Below are positions 17,016 through 25,360 of a stretch of DNA of 32,000 bases, in pieces. Source of the stretch: Massilicoli timonensis (GTDB lineage Bacteria; Bacillota_I; Bacilli_A; Erysipelotrichales; Erysipelotrichaceae); assembly GCF_900199515.1 (NCBI RefSeq), contig NZ_LT963434.1:1562180-1594179 (forward strand), written 5' to 3'. The notes under the pieces are model-generated. The model saw only the letters and a program-made list of their open reading frames with translations, did no database searches and was not told the DNA's origin. A program made the position numbers and the translations under genes. Every line of letters starts with the position of its first letter. The first letter of the stretch is position 1.

Positions 17016-18329
17016 ATGAAAGAACTACTATTGAATAAAATCGCAAATAAAGAAATCGTTGTCGGTGTAGTCGGATTAGGGTATGTAGGACTGCCTTTGG
17101 CAGTGGAAAAAGCAAAGGCAGGATTTCAGACGATCGGCTTTGATGTGCAAAACGAAAAAGTGGACATGGTCAATGCAGGAAAAAACTATATCGGCGATGT
17201 TGTGGATGATGATCTTTCGGATTTGGTAAAAAACGGCATGTTAAGTGCAACGACAGATTTCAGTTTCATCAAAGATGTGGACTTTGTGGCTATTTGTGTT
17301 CCGACACCGCTTGATACGCATCAGCAGCCGGACATCAGTTATGTAAAAGCAAGCTCGGAAGCAATTTCAAAACATTTGAGAAAAGGAACGATGGTCGTAT
17401 TGGAGTCCTCTACTTATCCGGGAACGACTGAGGAATTGGTAAGACCGATCTTAGAAGAAGGATCAGGACTGATATGCGGTACTGATTTTTATTTAGGCTT
17501 TTCACCGGAACGAGTAGACCCGGGGAATGCAGTCTATCACACAAAAAATACACCGAAAGTAGTCGGAGCAATCGGGAAAGATGCGACGGAAGTCATTGCG
17601 GCCATGTATCGTGCGGTGCTGGATGGCGATATCCATGAAGTGTCCTCTCCGGCAGTAGCAGAGATGGAGAAGATCTTGGAAAACACATATCGGAATATCA
17701 ACATCGGATTGGTGAATGAGATCTGTATGTTATGTGAAAAGATGGGGATCTCGGCATGGGAAGTGATCGATGCAGCGAAAACAAAGCCATTTGGTTATCA
17801 GGCGTTTTATCCGGGACCCGGATTAGGCGGACATTGTATCCCGCTTGATCCATATTATCTGACATGGAAGGCTAGAGAGTATGGGTTTCATACATCTATG
17901 ATCGAGAACAGTATGATCATCAATGACAAGATGCCGGAATACTGTGTAGAAAGATGTTACAAGGTGTTAAACAAGCAGAAGAAAGCGATGTCAGAAGCGA
18001 AGATATTGGTGCTTGGTGTGGCATATAAGAATGATATAGATGATTATCGGGAAAGTCCGGCATTGAAGGTAATCGAATTATTGAAGGCAGAGGATGCGGA
18101 TGTGGATTTCTATGATCCGTATATTCCGACATATCGTTATAAAGGAGAAAGCTATACGGGAATTAAGGGAATCGATCCGGAAGTGTTACAGGGATATGAT
18201 CTGGTAGTGATCACGACCGCACATAAATCATATGATTTGGAAATGATCCAGAAGAACAGCAAGGCCATCTTTGATACGAGAAATGCGATGAAAGATTATT
18301 TTGCATATGATAATGTTGAATTGCTTTAG
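17016..18329 (+). CDS. UDP-N-acetyl-hexosamine 6-dehydrogenase (WbpA/WbpO/TviB-type nucleotide-sugar dehydrogenase)
   Basis: Rossmann fold VVGLGYVGLPLA, catalytic-Cys motif GGHCIPLDPYYL, and GFSPERVDPGN. ATG 17016 preferred over the ORF-track TTG 17007. Confidence 0.8.
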   Translation: MKELLLNKIANKEIVVGVVGLGYVGLPLAVEKAKAGFQTIGFDVQNEKVDMVNAGKNYIGDVVDDDLSDLVKNGMLSATTDFSFIKDVDFVAICVPTPLDTHQQPDISYVKASSEAISKHLRKGTMVVLESSTYPGTTEELVRPILEEGSGLICGTDFYLGFSPERVDPGNAVYHTKNTPKVVGAIGKDATEVIAAMYRAVLDGDIHEVSSPAVAEMEKILENTYRNINIGLVNEICMLCEKMGISAWEVIDAAKTKPFGYQAFYPGPGLGGHCIPLDPYYLTWKAREYGFHTSMIENSMIINDKMPEYCVERCYKVLNKQKKAMSEAKILVLGVAYKNDIDDYRESPALKVIELLKAEDADVDFYDPYIPTYRYKGESYTGIKGIDPEVLQGYDLVVITTAHKSYDLEMIQKNSKAIFDTRNAMKDYFAYDNVELL

Positions 18330-18361
18330 CAGATTAAGGATTTAATGCCATGGAGAAAAAC

Positions 18362-19309
18362 ATGACTTCCTTAAAAACAGGTATTGTAATTTTGAATTAT
18401 AATACAAGTGAAGAAACGAAAAAATGTGTTTACTCAATTCGTAAATTTGAAAAGCAATATACAATATATATCGTAGATAACTGTTCATCAGACCATTCAT
18501 GGGATGATTTATATCATACTTTTCATAATGATCACGATATAGTGTTACTCCGCGCTTCCCGAAATGGTGGTTATTCATACGGAAATAATATCGGTATTAC
18601 AAAATGTTTAGAAGACAACTGTGATATTATTTATATAGTTAATAGTGATATAGAGCTATTGAATAGTGCATTTACGATCATGACCAAAACACTGATCAAT
18701 AATCCGCATTGTATGATAATAGGGCCTTCTGTAGTAGATAACCATGGAAATGAAGTGCAACTGGCAAAAAAGAAGTTAACTCTAAGAAATTTTATTTATG
18801 GACGACATCCTTTTTGTAATATTTCCTTTTTTAAGAAGAAAGTTGATCGTTTGTATGATATACCTGTAAATCAGCGTTTTTTTATTTTTCAAGGCATGGC
18901 TTCCGGTTGCTGTTTTGGAATACGGGCAACTGACTTTAAGCAAATCCACTATTTTGATGAAAATGTATTTCTTTATTACGAAGAAGATATTTTAATTTGT
19001 AAACTTGCTTCTCATGAACGAAAGGCTATTATTGATCATGACGCAAAAGTTTGGCATAAAGAAAGTGTATCGACTAAAAAATCTGGGTTTGCTTTTATCA
19101 GATATCATCGCTGGAACAGTGTAACATATTATTTATACGAATATTTACAACTTAATTTTTTTATTAGGACATTGATATTTATTTGGAACACAGTTACATG
19201 GCTGCTGCTTTCAATACGATCAAGGACATACCGAGAATTGCTGCATGATTTTATAAAAAAGCAAACAAAACTATTGTTTAAGCGATACGATACATCTATT
19301 AAAAAATAA
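18362..19309 (+). CDS. Family 2 glycosyltransferase
   Basis: GIVILNYNTSEETKKCVYSI, VDNCSSD and NGGYSYGNN are classic GT2 N-terminal motifs. ATG 18362 (after GGAG) preferred over 18350. Confidence 0.7.
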   Translation: MTSLKTGIVILNYNTSEETKKCVYSIRKFEKQYTIYIVDNCSSDHSWDDLYHTFHNDHDIVLLRASRNGGYSYGNNIGITKCLEDNCDIIYIVNSDIELLNSAFTIMTKTLINNPHCMIIGPSVVDNHGNEVQLAKKKLTLRNFIYGRHPFCNISFFKKKVDRLYDIPVNQRFFIFQGMASGCCFGIRATDFKQIHYFDENVFLYYEEDILICKLASHERKAIIDHDAKVWHKESVSTKKSGFAFIRYHRWNSVTYYLYEYLQLNFFIRTLIFIWNTVTWLLLSIRSRTYRELLHDFIKKQTKLLFKRYDTSIKK

Positions 19310-19329
19310 CGAAGAAGGCGGTATTAGAC

Positions 19330-20409
19330 ATGTATTTATTATTGCATTGCTTGTTTTTACTGGGAATATCTTTATATAGTGGAATTGGTACTAAGTTTTT
19401 TCCTAAGCAACACGAGCAGAAAGTAATTATAGGAATATTATTTCTATATTCTTTACTCATTGCATTACGTCCCTTAGATACAAAAGATACTTTGGCATAT
19501 GTAAACTTATATAACCAAATAGATGGTTTGGTATTGCCTGCTTTTGGTTTGTTCTCGAAAGTTAAAGGTATTGAGTATGGTTTTATCGTTCTAATGAAAA
19601 TCATGAGTTTTTTCTGTATCCCTTATCAACTATTTTTATTCATCCTTGCATTCTCAACAAATCTTTTGATTTATAGTTTTTTTACTTATTTTATCAAAGT
19701 TTATTATCCGTCTTTATTTGAAAAATCAAACATATTGATCATTATCTTACTGTTTTACATTTGCAGTTATGGACTGATGTATAGTGGTGTCGCAATACGA
19801 GCAGGATTATCTGTCGGTGTAATGTTGTTGGGCATACGGATTTTAGAACAAAAACATATTAAATCAGCAATTTTACTTATGTTGATTGCTTTTTCCTTTC
19901 ATAAAATGTGTATTGTAATTGTTATTGCCTACATGATTTGGAAATATATTCCAGTATTAGAGAAACGCATTTATTTTATTATTACTTTGTTATTGGGTCT
20001 GCTATTAGTATCTGGAGCTACAGATTTTCTTTTGAGAATATCACTCTCAAGTATAAATGGAATCTTAACCTTTTTAGGAATTCATGGATATAGTGCATAC
20101 TTTAATAGTATTGACTCTGCCATTGGAATCATTGATTTATACTGGCTTTTTTATACTCTTGTTCTCTGCTACTTTCTCAGCAATGAAAAAGCAGATAAAA
20201 AGGTTTTTCAAATTATATTATCAGGTTTGCTCGTCATTAGCTTTTTCCATGGAATCAGAGCAATCAATCGTATTTATGACTATTTTTATATTTTTTCTAT
20301 TGTTCCTATATGTAAGATGATTTATGCAGAAAACAGAAACATACGTTTAATCTCCTGTTTTTTAATATTCTGCAATGCAGTTTTAATGATAAGACTTTGC
20401 TTTTTCTAG
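19330..20409 (+). CDS. EpsG-family / Wzy-type polytopic membrane protein (putative repeat-unit polymerase)
   Basis: 359 aa, about 10 predicted hydrophobic segments, very AT-rich. Its position among glycosyltransferases and next to a flippase is typical of polymerases. No catalytic motif verified. Confidence 0.55.
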   Translation: MYLLLHCLFLLGISLYSGIGTKFFPKQHEQKVIIGILFLYSLLIALRPLDTKDTLAYVNLYNQIDGLVLPAFGLFSKVKGIEYGFIVLMKIMSFFCIPYQLFLFILAFSTNLLIYSFFTYFIKVYYPSLFEKSNILIIILLFYICSYGLMYSGVAIRAGLSVGVMLLGIRILEQKHIKSAILLMLIAFSFHKMCIVIVIAYMIWKYIPVLEKRIYFIITLLLGLLLVSGATDFLLRISLSSINGILTFLGIHGYSAYFNSIDSAIGIIDLYWLFYTLVLCYFLSNEKADKKVFQIILSGLLVISFFHGIRAINRIYDYFYIFSIVPICKMIYAENRNIRLISCFLIFCNAVLMIRLCFF

Positions 20410-20429
20410 CATGAAATGAGGTGAGTAGT

Positions 20430-21539
20430 ATGAAAGGTATTTTTATTACCTATGTACCAACAGAAAAAGATACTACCGGTGTGGGGAAAAAAATAAGAGG
20501 CCAGATTCAAGCTTTTAATAAAAATGATCTTTATTGCAGTGAAATCACGATGTATCATTCTACAAGCAAATTGATGCGTCTTCTTTATAAATTTCCATTT
20601 TACAATGGCGCTCCGATTTGGAAGTGGGATACATGTTTTGAGCAGATCGATTATTTATATATGCGGCGTCCATTAGTTGTTTCAGGCTATATGATAAAAT
20701 TCTTAAAGCGCATAAAAAAGAGAAATCCTTTCGTAAAAATTATTTACGAAATACCTACTTATCCTTATGACAAGGAATTATATTCCTTTAAGTTTCGTCA
20801 TTTACTGATATGGAAAGATCGGTTTAACCGAAAAAAATTACATGATGTTGTGGATAGAATTGTCACTCTTACAGATGATAAAATTATTTTTCATACGCCG
20901 ACCTTAAAAATTCTAAATGGGGTGGATCTTAAAGAAAACAGTGTAAAAAAGATAAGCAGAAATAATGATGAGACGATTCAGATCTGTGCAGTTGCAATTT
21001 TTAAGGAATGGCATGGTTATGAACGCGTTTTATATGGTTTAGCACAATATTATCATAATGGTGGCACAAGAAATATCGTTTGTCATTTTGTCGGTGATGG
21101 AAGTGAATTAGCGTTCTATAAGAAAATAGTCGATGAAAAACAGCTTAATGAACATGTTAAATTTTATGGGATGTTAAAAGATCAGGAATTGATTTCTATT
21201 TATAATCAATGTAGGCTATCTTTAGAATCATTTGGTAGTTATAAGAAAAACATCAAGATTTCATGTGGACTAAAATCCAGAGAGATGCTTGCCAGAGGCT
21301 TACCTCTAATTGCCGGGAATCATGTAGATTTATTCATGGATCGAGATTTTCCGTATTTTTTAGAATTCCCTAACAATGATTCTATTATTGATTTTCAAAA
21401 GATTATAGATTTTTATGATCGCATTTATACTACTGAAAGTGAAGAAGTTGTCATACAAAAAATCAGAAGTTTTGCTGAAAATCATGTTGATATTGAAGCA
21501 GGTATGAAAACAGTGATCGAGTACATCAAGTGCGGCTAG
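20430..21539 (+). CDS. Glycosyltransferase (GT-B-like)
   Basis: ATG 20430 lies after GAGGTGA. The C-terminal half VGDGSELAFYKKIVDEKQLNEHVKFYGML resembles the GT4 donor-binding region. Weak assignment. Confidence 0.5.
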   Translation: MKGIFITYVPTEKDTTGVGKKIRGQIQAFNKNDLYCSEITMYHSTSKLMRLLYKFPFYNGAPIWKWDTCFEQIDYLYMRRPLVVSGYMIKFLKRIKKRNPFVKIIYEIPTYPYDKELYSFKFRHLLIWKDRFNRKKLHDVVDRIVTLTDDKIIFHTPTLKILNGVDLKENSVKKISRNNDETIQICAVAIFKEWHGYERVLYGLAQYYHNGGTRNIVCHFVGDGSELAFYKKIVDEKQLNEHVKFYGMLKDQELISIYNQCRLSLESFGSYKKNIKISCGLKSREMLARGLPLIAGNHVDLFMDRDFPYFLEFPNNDSIIDFQKIIDFYDRIYTTESEEVVIQKIRSFAENHVDIEAGMKTVIEYIKCG

Positions 21540-21551
21540 ACGGAGGTAATC

Positions 21552-22658
21552 ATGAAAATATGTCATATATGTTCATATTTCGATAATATTCTTTTTTCTG
21601 ATTTATTTGAAGCACTGCAAAAACAAGAAATAGATGGAAGAGTTTACTATTTTAAGGCTAATGGATATCCACCAACAAATGCTGATCATCCATATGTTGA
21701 TTTGAGGTACTGCTTTGAAGATCATCAAAAATATTTATTTCATTGGAAACACAGTAAAGTCTGGAATGATTTTAAGCAGTATGGCAGTACGCAAACATTC
21801 GATTTATTATTTGCTCATTCCCTTTTTTCAAATGGTTATATTGCGTATAAATGGAAAAAAGAAAAAAATATCCCTTATATTGTATATGTTCAAAATACCG
21901 ATATCAATGTATTTTTCAAGTATAGACTGTTTTTACGTAAACTCGGATTAACAATACTAGAACATGCTGATCGAGTAGTTTTTGCTTCAGAAAGTTATAG
22001 AACCACATTATTTCAACAGTATGTAAAAAGTAAAAGGCAACGAGAGCAGCTTATGAAGAAATCGGTAATCATCCCATACGGTATTAACGATTTATTTTTC
22101 CATAAATTCTCAAAAAAGCCAAAAGAAAAGAGATCGGAAATTAAAATTCTTTGCGTCGGCTTGATTTGCAAAAATAAAAACCAAATCACCCTTCAAAAAG
22201 CAATTGAGATTTTAAGAAAAAAAGGTTTAGATGCTTCCCTTACTCTTATTGGAAAGCATCAAAATGATCATATTTATCAATCACTGTGTAATTGTGAGTT
22301 TGTCAGAATTGTAGAGTATATGTCAAAAGAAGAATTACTAAAATACTATAGAGAAAGCGATGTTTTTTGCTTACCTTCATTAACAGAAACCTTCGGATTG
22401 GTATATGCAGAAGCAATTTCACAGGGGCTACCGATTTTATATACAAAAGGACAAGGATTTGATTGCCAATTTCCTGAAGGAACAGTCGGTTATCACGTAA
22501 ACGCAACTGATCCATTTGATATTGCTAATAAGATTATGTTAATTTGTAATGAACCCAATAAATATAATGCTTGTATAAGCAATGCCAAAAAATTTTCATG
22601 GGAACGCATCGCATATGATTATAAAGTGCTATTCAATTCTGTTATTCAAAAACAATAA
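21552..22658 (+). CDS. Family 4 glycosyltransferase
   Basis: FCLPSLTETFGLVYAEAISQGLPILYT contains the GT4 E-x7-E region. GGAGG SD. Confidence 0.75.
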   Translation: MKICHICSYFDNILFSDLFEALQKQEIDGRVYYFKANGYPPTNADHPYVDLRYCFEDHQKYLFHWKHSKVWNDFKQYGSTQTFDLLFAHSLFSNGYIAYKWKKEKNIPYIVYVQNTDINVFFKYRLFLRKLGLTILEHADRVVFASESYRTTLFQQYVKSKRQREQLMKKSVIIPYGINDLFFHKFSKKPKEKRSEIKILCVGLICKNKNQITLQKAIEILRKKGLDASLTLIGKHQNDHIYQSLCNCEFVRIVEYMSKEELLKYYRESDVFCLPSLTETFGLVYAEAISQGLPILYTKGQGFDCQFPEGTVGYHVNATDPFDIANKIMLICNEPNKYNACISNAKKFSWERIAYDYKVLFNSVIQKQ

Positions 22659-22717
22659 GCTGAGCAGCATGAAATAGGGCAACACTAAAATTCGTTTTTT
22701 AGGAAAGGAAGGATATT

Positions 22718-24187
22718 ATGGGGAAAATAAAGTCTGTGCAATATAATTTTATTATGAATTTTATATTAACATCTTCTAATTTTTTATTTCCTTTGATTAC
22801 CTTCCCTTATGTTTCTAGAGTGTTAATGGCAGCCGGTAATGGGAAAGTGTCATTTGCTACTTCTATTGCCAACTATTTTATTATGGTTGCATCTTTGGGT
22901 ATACCGACTTACGGAATTCGAGTATGTGCAAAAGTCAGAGATGATAAAGATGCACTGTCTAAATCAGTTCATGAATTATTGATCATAAATCTGATAATGA
23001 CAGGTATAACAACAATATTGTTTTTAATATCAATAGTTACTGTTGACAAACTTTATGCAGAAAAGGAATTGATGTTCATAAATCTTATTGGTATGGTACT
23101 TAATACATTTGGAGTAAACTGGCTATATTCGGCGTTGGAACAGTATAGTTACATTACGATTCGATCTATTGCATTCAAAGCTTTATCAGTCATTTTAATG
23201 TTTTTATTTGTTTCGCAACCAAGTGATTATATTATTTATGGAGGCATTACCGTTTTTGCTACAGCAGGCTCGAATATCTTGAATTTTATTAGGATCAAAA
23301 AGTATATTTATTTGAAAAAATATGATCATTATGAATTTAGACGTCATATAAAACCAATCTTACTTTTTTTCGCACAAAGCGTTGCTGTTGTGATAAATAC
23401 AAATCTGGACTTAGCTATGTTAGGTTTCTTAAAAGGTGATGTAGATGTAGGGCTATATACTGTCGCAATAAAAATAAAGTCTATTCTTGTAACACTGGTT
23501 ACTTCATTGGGAACAGTGTTGCTCCCAAGACTTTCTTATTATGTTGCTCATCATAAAATCGATTTATTTGAATGCTTAATTAAAAAGGCAACAAGCTTTG
23601 TTTTAATCATCAGTATTCCATTATCAGTTTTCTTCATCGTTATGGCAAAAGAAAGTATTTTATTTTTAGCTGGCGGTGGATATCTTGAGGCAACTTTTGC
23701 CATGCAGCTCATTATGATATGTGTTATTATTATCGGATTAACCAATATAACAGGTATCCAAATTTTAACTCCATTAAATAGAGAAAGAGAAGTTTTACAC
23801 TCTATTGTAGTAAGTGCGATTATCAATATTGTTACAAATTCAATTTTTATTCCGCTCTATGGCATAAACGGAGCGGCACTTTGTACGGTTGCAGCACAAT
23901 TATCTGGTTTTATAGTGCAATTATATGTGATTAGGCAAACACCATTCCACAACATTTTTAATTATGTTGAAATATGTAAGATCTTATTTTGCTCGATCTG
24001 CCCGATCATTTTACTTTTGATTGTAAAATCATCTATTGATACTCCATTCCTTTCTCTGTTTGTTGGAAGTTGCTTTTATTTTGGTATATTTTTATTACTT
24101 TGCGCATTACTTAAAATTGATTTAGTACAAAATACATTACACTCATACTTTAAGAAAATCAGTAATTTCTTTAATCTTAAAAGATGA
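22718..24187 (+). CDS. Wzx-type oligosaccharide flippase (MOP superfamily)
   Basis: 489 aa, about 12-14 hydrophobic helices. The N-terminus NFILTSSNFLFPLITFPYVSRVL is typical of polysaccharide-biosynthesis (PST) flippases. It is the last gene of the plus-strand operon. Confidence 0.75.
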   Translation: MGKIKSVQYNFIMNFILTSSNFLFPLITFPYVSRVLMAAGNGKVSFATSIANYFIMVASLGIPTYGIRVCAKVRDDKDALSKSVHELLIINLIMTGITTILFLISIVTVDKLYAEKELMFINLIGMVLNTFGVNWLYSALEQYSYITIRSIAFKALSVILMFLFVSQPSDYIIYGGITVFATAGSNILNFIRIKKYIYLKKYDHYEFRRHIKPILLFFAQSVAVVINTNLDLAMLGFLKGDVDVGLYTVAIKIKSILVTLVTSLGTVLLPRLSYYVAHHKIDLFECLIKKATSFVLIISIPLSVFFIVMAKESILFLAGGGYLEATFAMQLIMICVIIIGLTNITGIQILTPLNREREVLHSIVVSAIINIVTNSIFIPLYGINGAALCTVAAQLSGFIVQLYVIRQTPFHNIFNYVEICKILFCSICPIILLLIVKSSIDTPFLSLFVGSCFYFGIFLLLCALLKIDLVQNTLHSYFKKISNFFNLKR

Positions 24188-24467
24188 TTACAGAAAACAT
24201 ATATTCACAAAAAGATAGATTATTCATGTTGATTCACGTATTTTCATGCATTCAACTCAGTCAAGTTATGTGTTAAAGGGCAATTTTAACTCTAAAACAC
24301 TCATTTTTACCCTTTTTCATACATAATTTTTGCAATCAAAACAGCAAACCCCCTAAAAAAACAAAAAAATCAACTTTTTCTTGTAATTCGACAAAATACG
24401 CGTGTAAAAATCTGGAAATGTAGTATAGTAATAGATGTGTTCAGCTGCTAAGGGGAGGTTTAGAGAA

Positions 24468-24818
24468 ATGAATATTAGAATAGTACAAATGTTACGCATC
24501 TTAGGAATACCAGCACACGTGAAAGGCTATGAATACATTAAGACAGCTATTATGTTGATGTACGACGATGATTCTTATCGCTACAACATAACCAAACGAT
24601 TGTATCCGAAAATTGCAAAGATATACGGAACTACACCGGCAAGAGTTGAACGCGCAATGCGGCATGCAATCGAAATTGCTTTTACAAGCGGGAATATTGA
24701 ATTGCTGTATAAGATCTTCGGTTATACGATTGCCTATCACAGATCAAAAGCAACAAATTCGCAGTTCATTATTACTATACTAGAAACGCTAACACTATCT
24801 GACTTAAGGTTTTCGTAA
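24468..24818 (+). CDS. Stand-alone Spo0A C-terminal (DNA-binding effector) domain protein, with no receiver domain
   Basis: 116 aa from ATG 24468 (GGAGG 9 nt upstream). LGIPAHVKGYEYIKTAI...ITKRLYPKIAKIYGTTPARVERAMRHAIEIAFTSGNIELLYKIFGYT...KATNSQFI is colinear with B. subtilis Spo0A residues ~150-260 (IGVPAHIKGYLYLREAI...[47 protein letters not shown]...KPTNSEFI). Confidence 0.8.
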   Translation: MNIRIVQMLRILGIPAHVKGYEYIKTAIMLMYDDDSYRYNITKRLYPKIAKIYGTTPARVERAMRHAIEIAFTSGNIELLYKIFGYTIAYHRSKATNSQFIITILETLTLSDLRFS

Positions 24819-24960
24819 AAAGTAACAAATACGATACCTATTAAAACTATACATATTCTAAAAAAACTAAAAAATTATACACGGAAAGAGAAAGCAGTTT
24901 GAATACTAAATTAGGTTGGGCACTACATGAGCAAGTGCATTGAAATAGAGTATGCCCACC

Positions 24961-25016
24961 AAAAAAAGCGCCTTATATTGTCCACGGAGGACCACAGAGA
25001 AAAGGCGCTTTTTTTA
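24961..25016. terminator. Strong bidirectional intrinsic terminator
   Basis: A perfect 9-bp stem AAGCGCCTT (24966-24974) / AAGGCGCTT (25002-25010), extendable through the flanking A7/T8 runs. The 27-nt loop has an internal GTCC/GGAC pair. Confidence 0.7.
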
Positions 25017-25269
25017 TTTCATATTTACTTTAGATGGATTAATTACTTTATTTGGCTTAAGTAAATGAGTGGTAGATCTAACGATAAATTCATACTATAA
25101 ATGTATACTAGTGAAATAATATTTCCGCTTAACGATAGTGTCATAATTTTAATGAATTTTTTGATTCTCTCAGACTTCTTTTGTTTTCAACAAATACATG
25201 CAAAGTGTGCTTCATTTATTATCTTTTTTATTTTGTCCTATCGCAAACCATAAATAAATGACCTATTGT

Positions 25270-25348
25270 TTGAAAAGTGTATATTTTAGATGTATAAAAT
25301 CATTGAAAAGTGTATATATTATGGTTATAATTTATTTGAAAAGTGTAA
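25270..25348 (+). repeat. Three direct copies of TTGAAAAGTGTA at exact 33-bp spacing (degenerate 33-bp tandem repeat)
   Basis: Copies at 25270-25281, 25303-25314 and 25336-25347 (12/12 identical; the first two are identical over 14 nt). The flanking unit sequence is partly conserved between units 1 and 2. Confidence 0.85.
25303..25331 (+). promoter_or_regulatory. Sigma-A-like promoter inside repeat unit 2, with a weaker twin in unit 1
   Basis: TTGAAA (25303-25308), 17 nt, then TATAAT (25326-25331). Unit 1 gives TTGAAA (25270-25275), 17 nt, then TATAAA (25293-25298). The SD AAGGAAG at 25347-25353 precedes ATG 25361. Confidence 0.5.
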
Positions 25349-25360
25349 GGAAGTGATTTT

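Noticed and set aside
24270-24312. Possible weak terminator after the first flippase (AAAGGG ... CCCTTT followed by TTC).
   Set aside because: The loop is ~30 nt, the stem is only 6 bp and the U-tract is poor. That is not enough to call, so read-through into the Spo0A-domain gene cannot be excluded.
24927-25064. A 45-aa ORF (MSKCIEIEYAHQKKRLILSTEDHREKALFLFHIYFRWINYFIWLK) that I found by hand downstream of the Spo0A-domain gene.
   Set aside because: There is no SD upstream. It reads straight through the strong bidirectional terminator hairpin. It might be a gene remnant, but I cannot support that.
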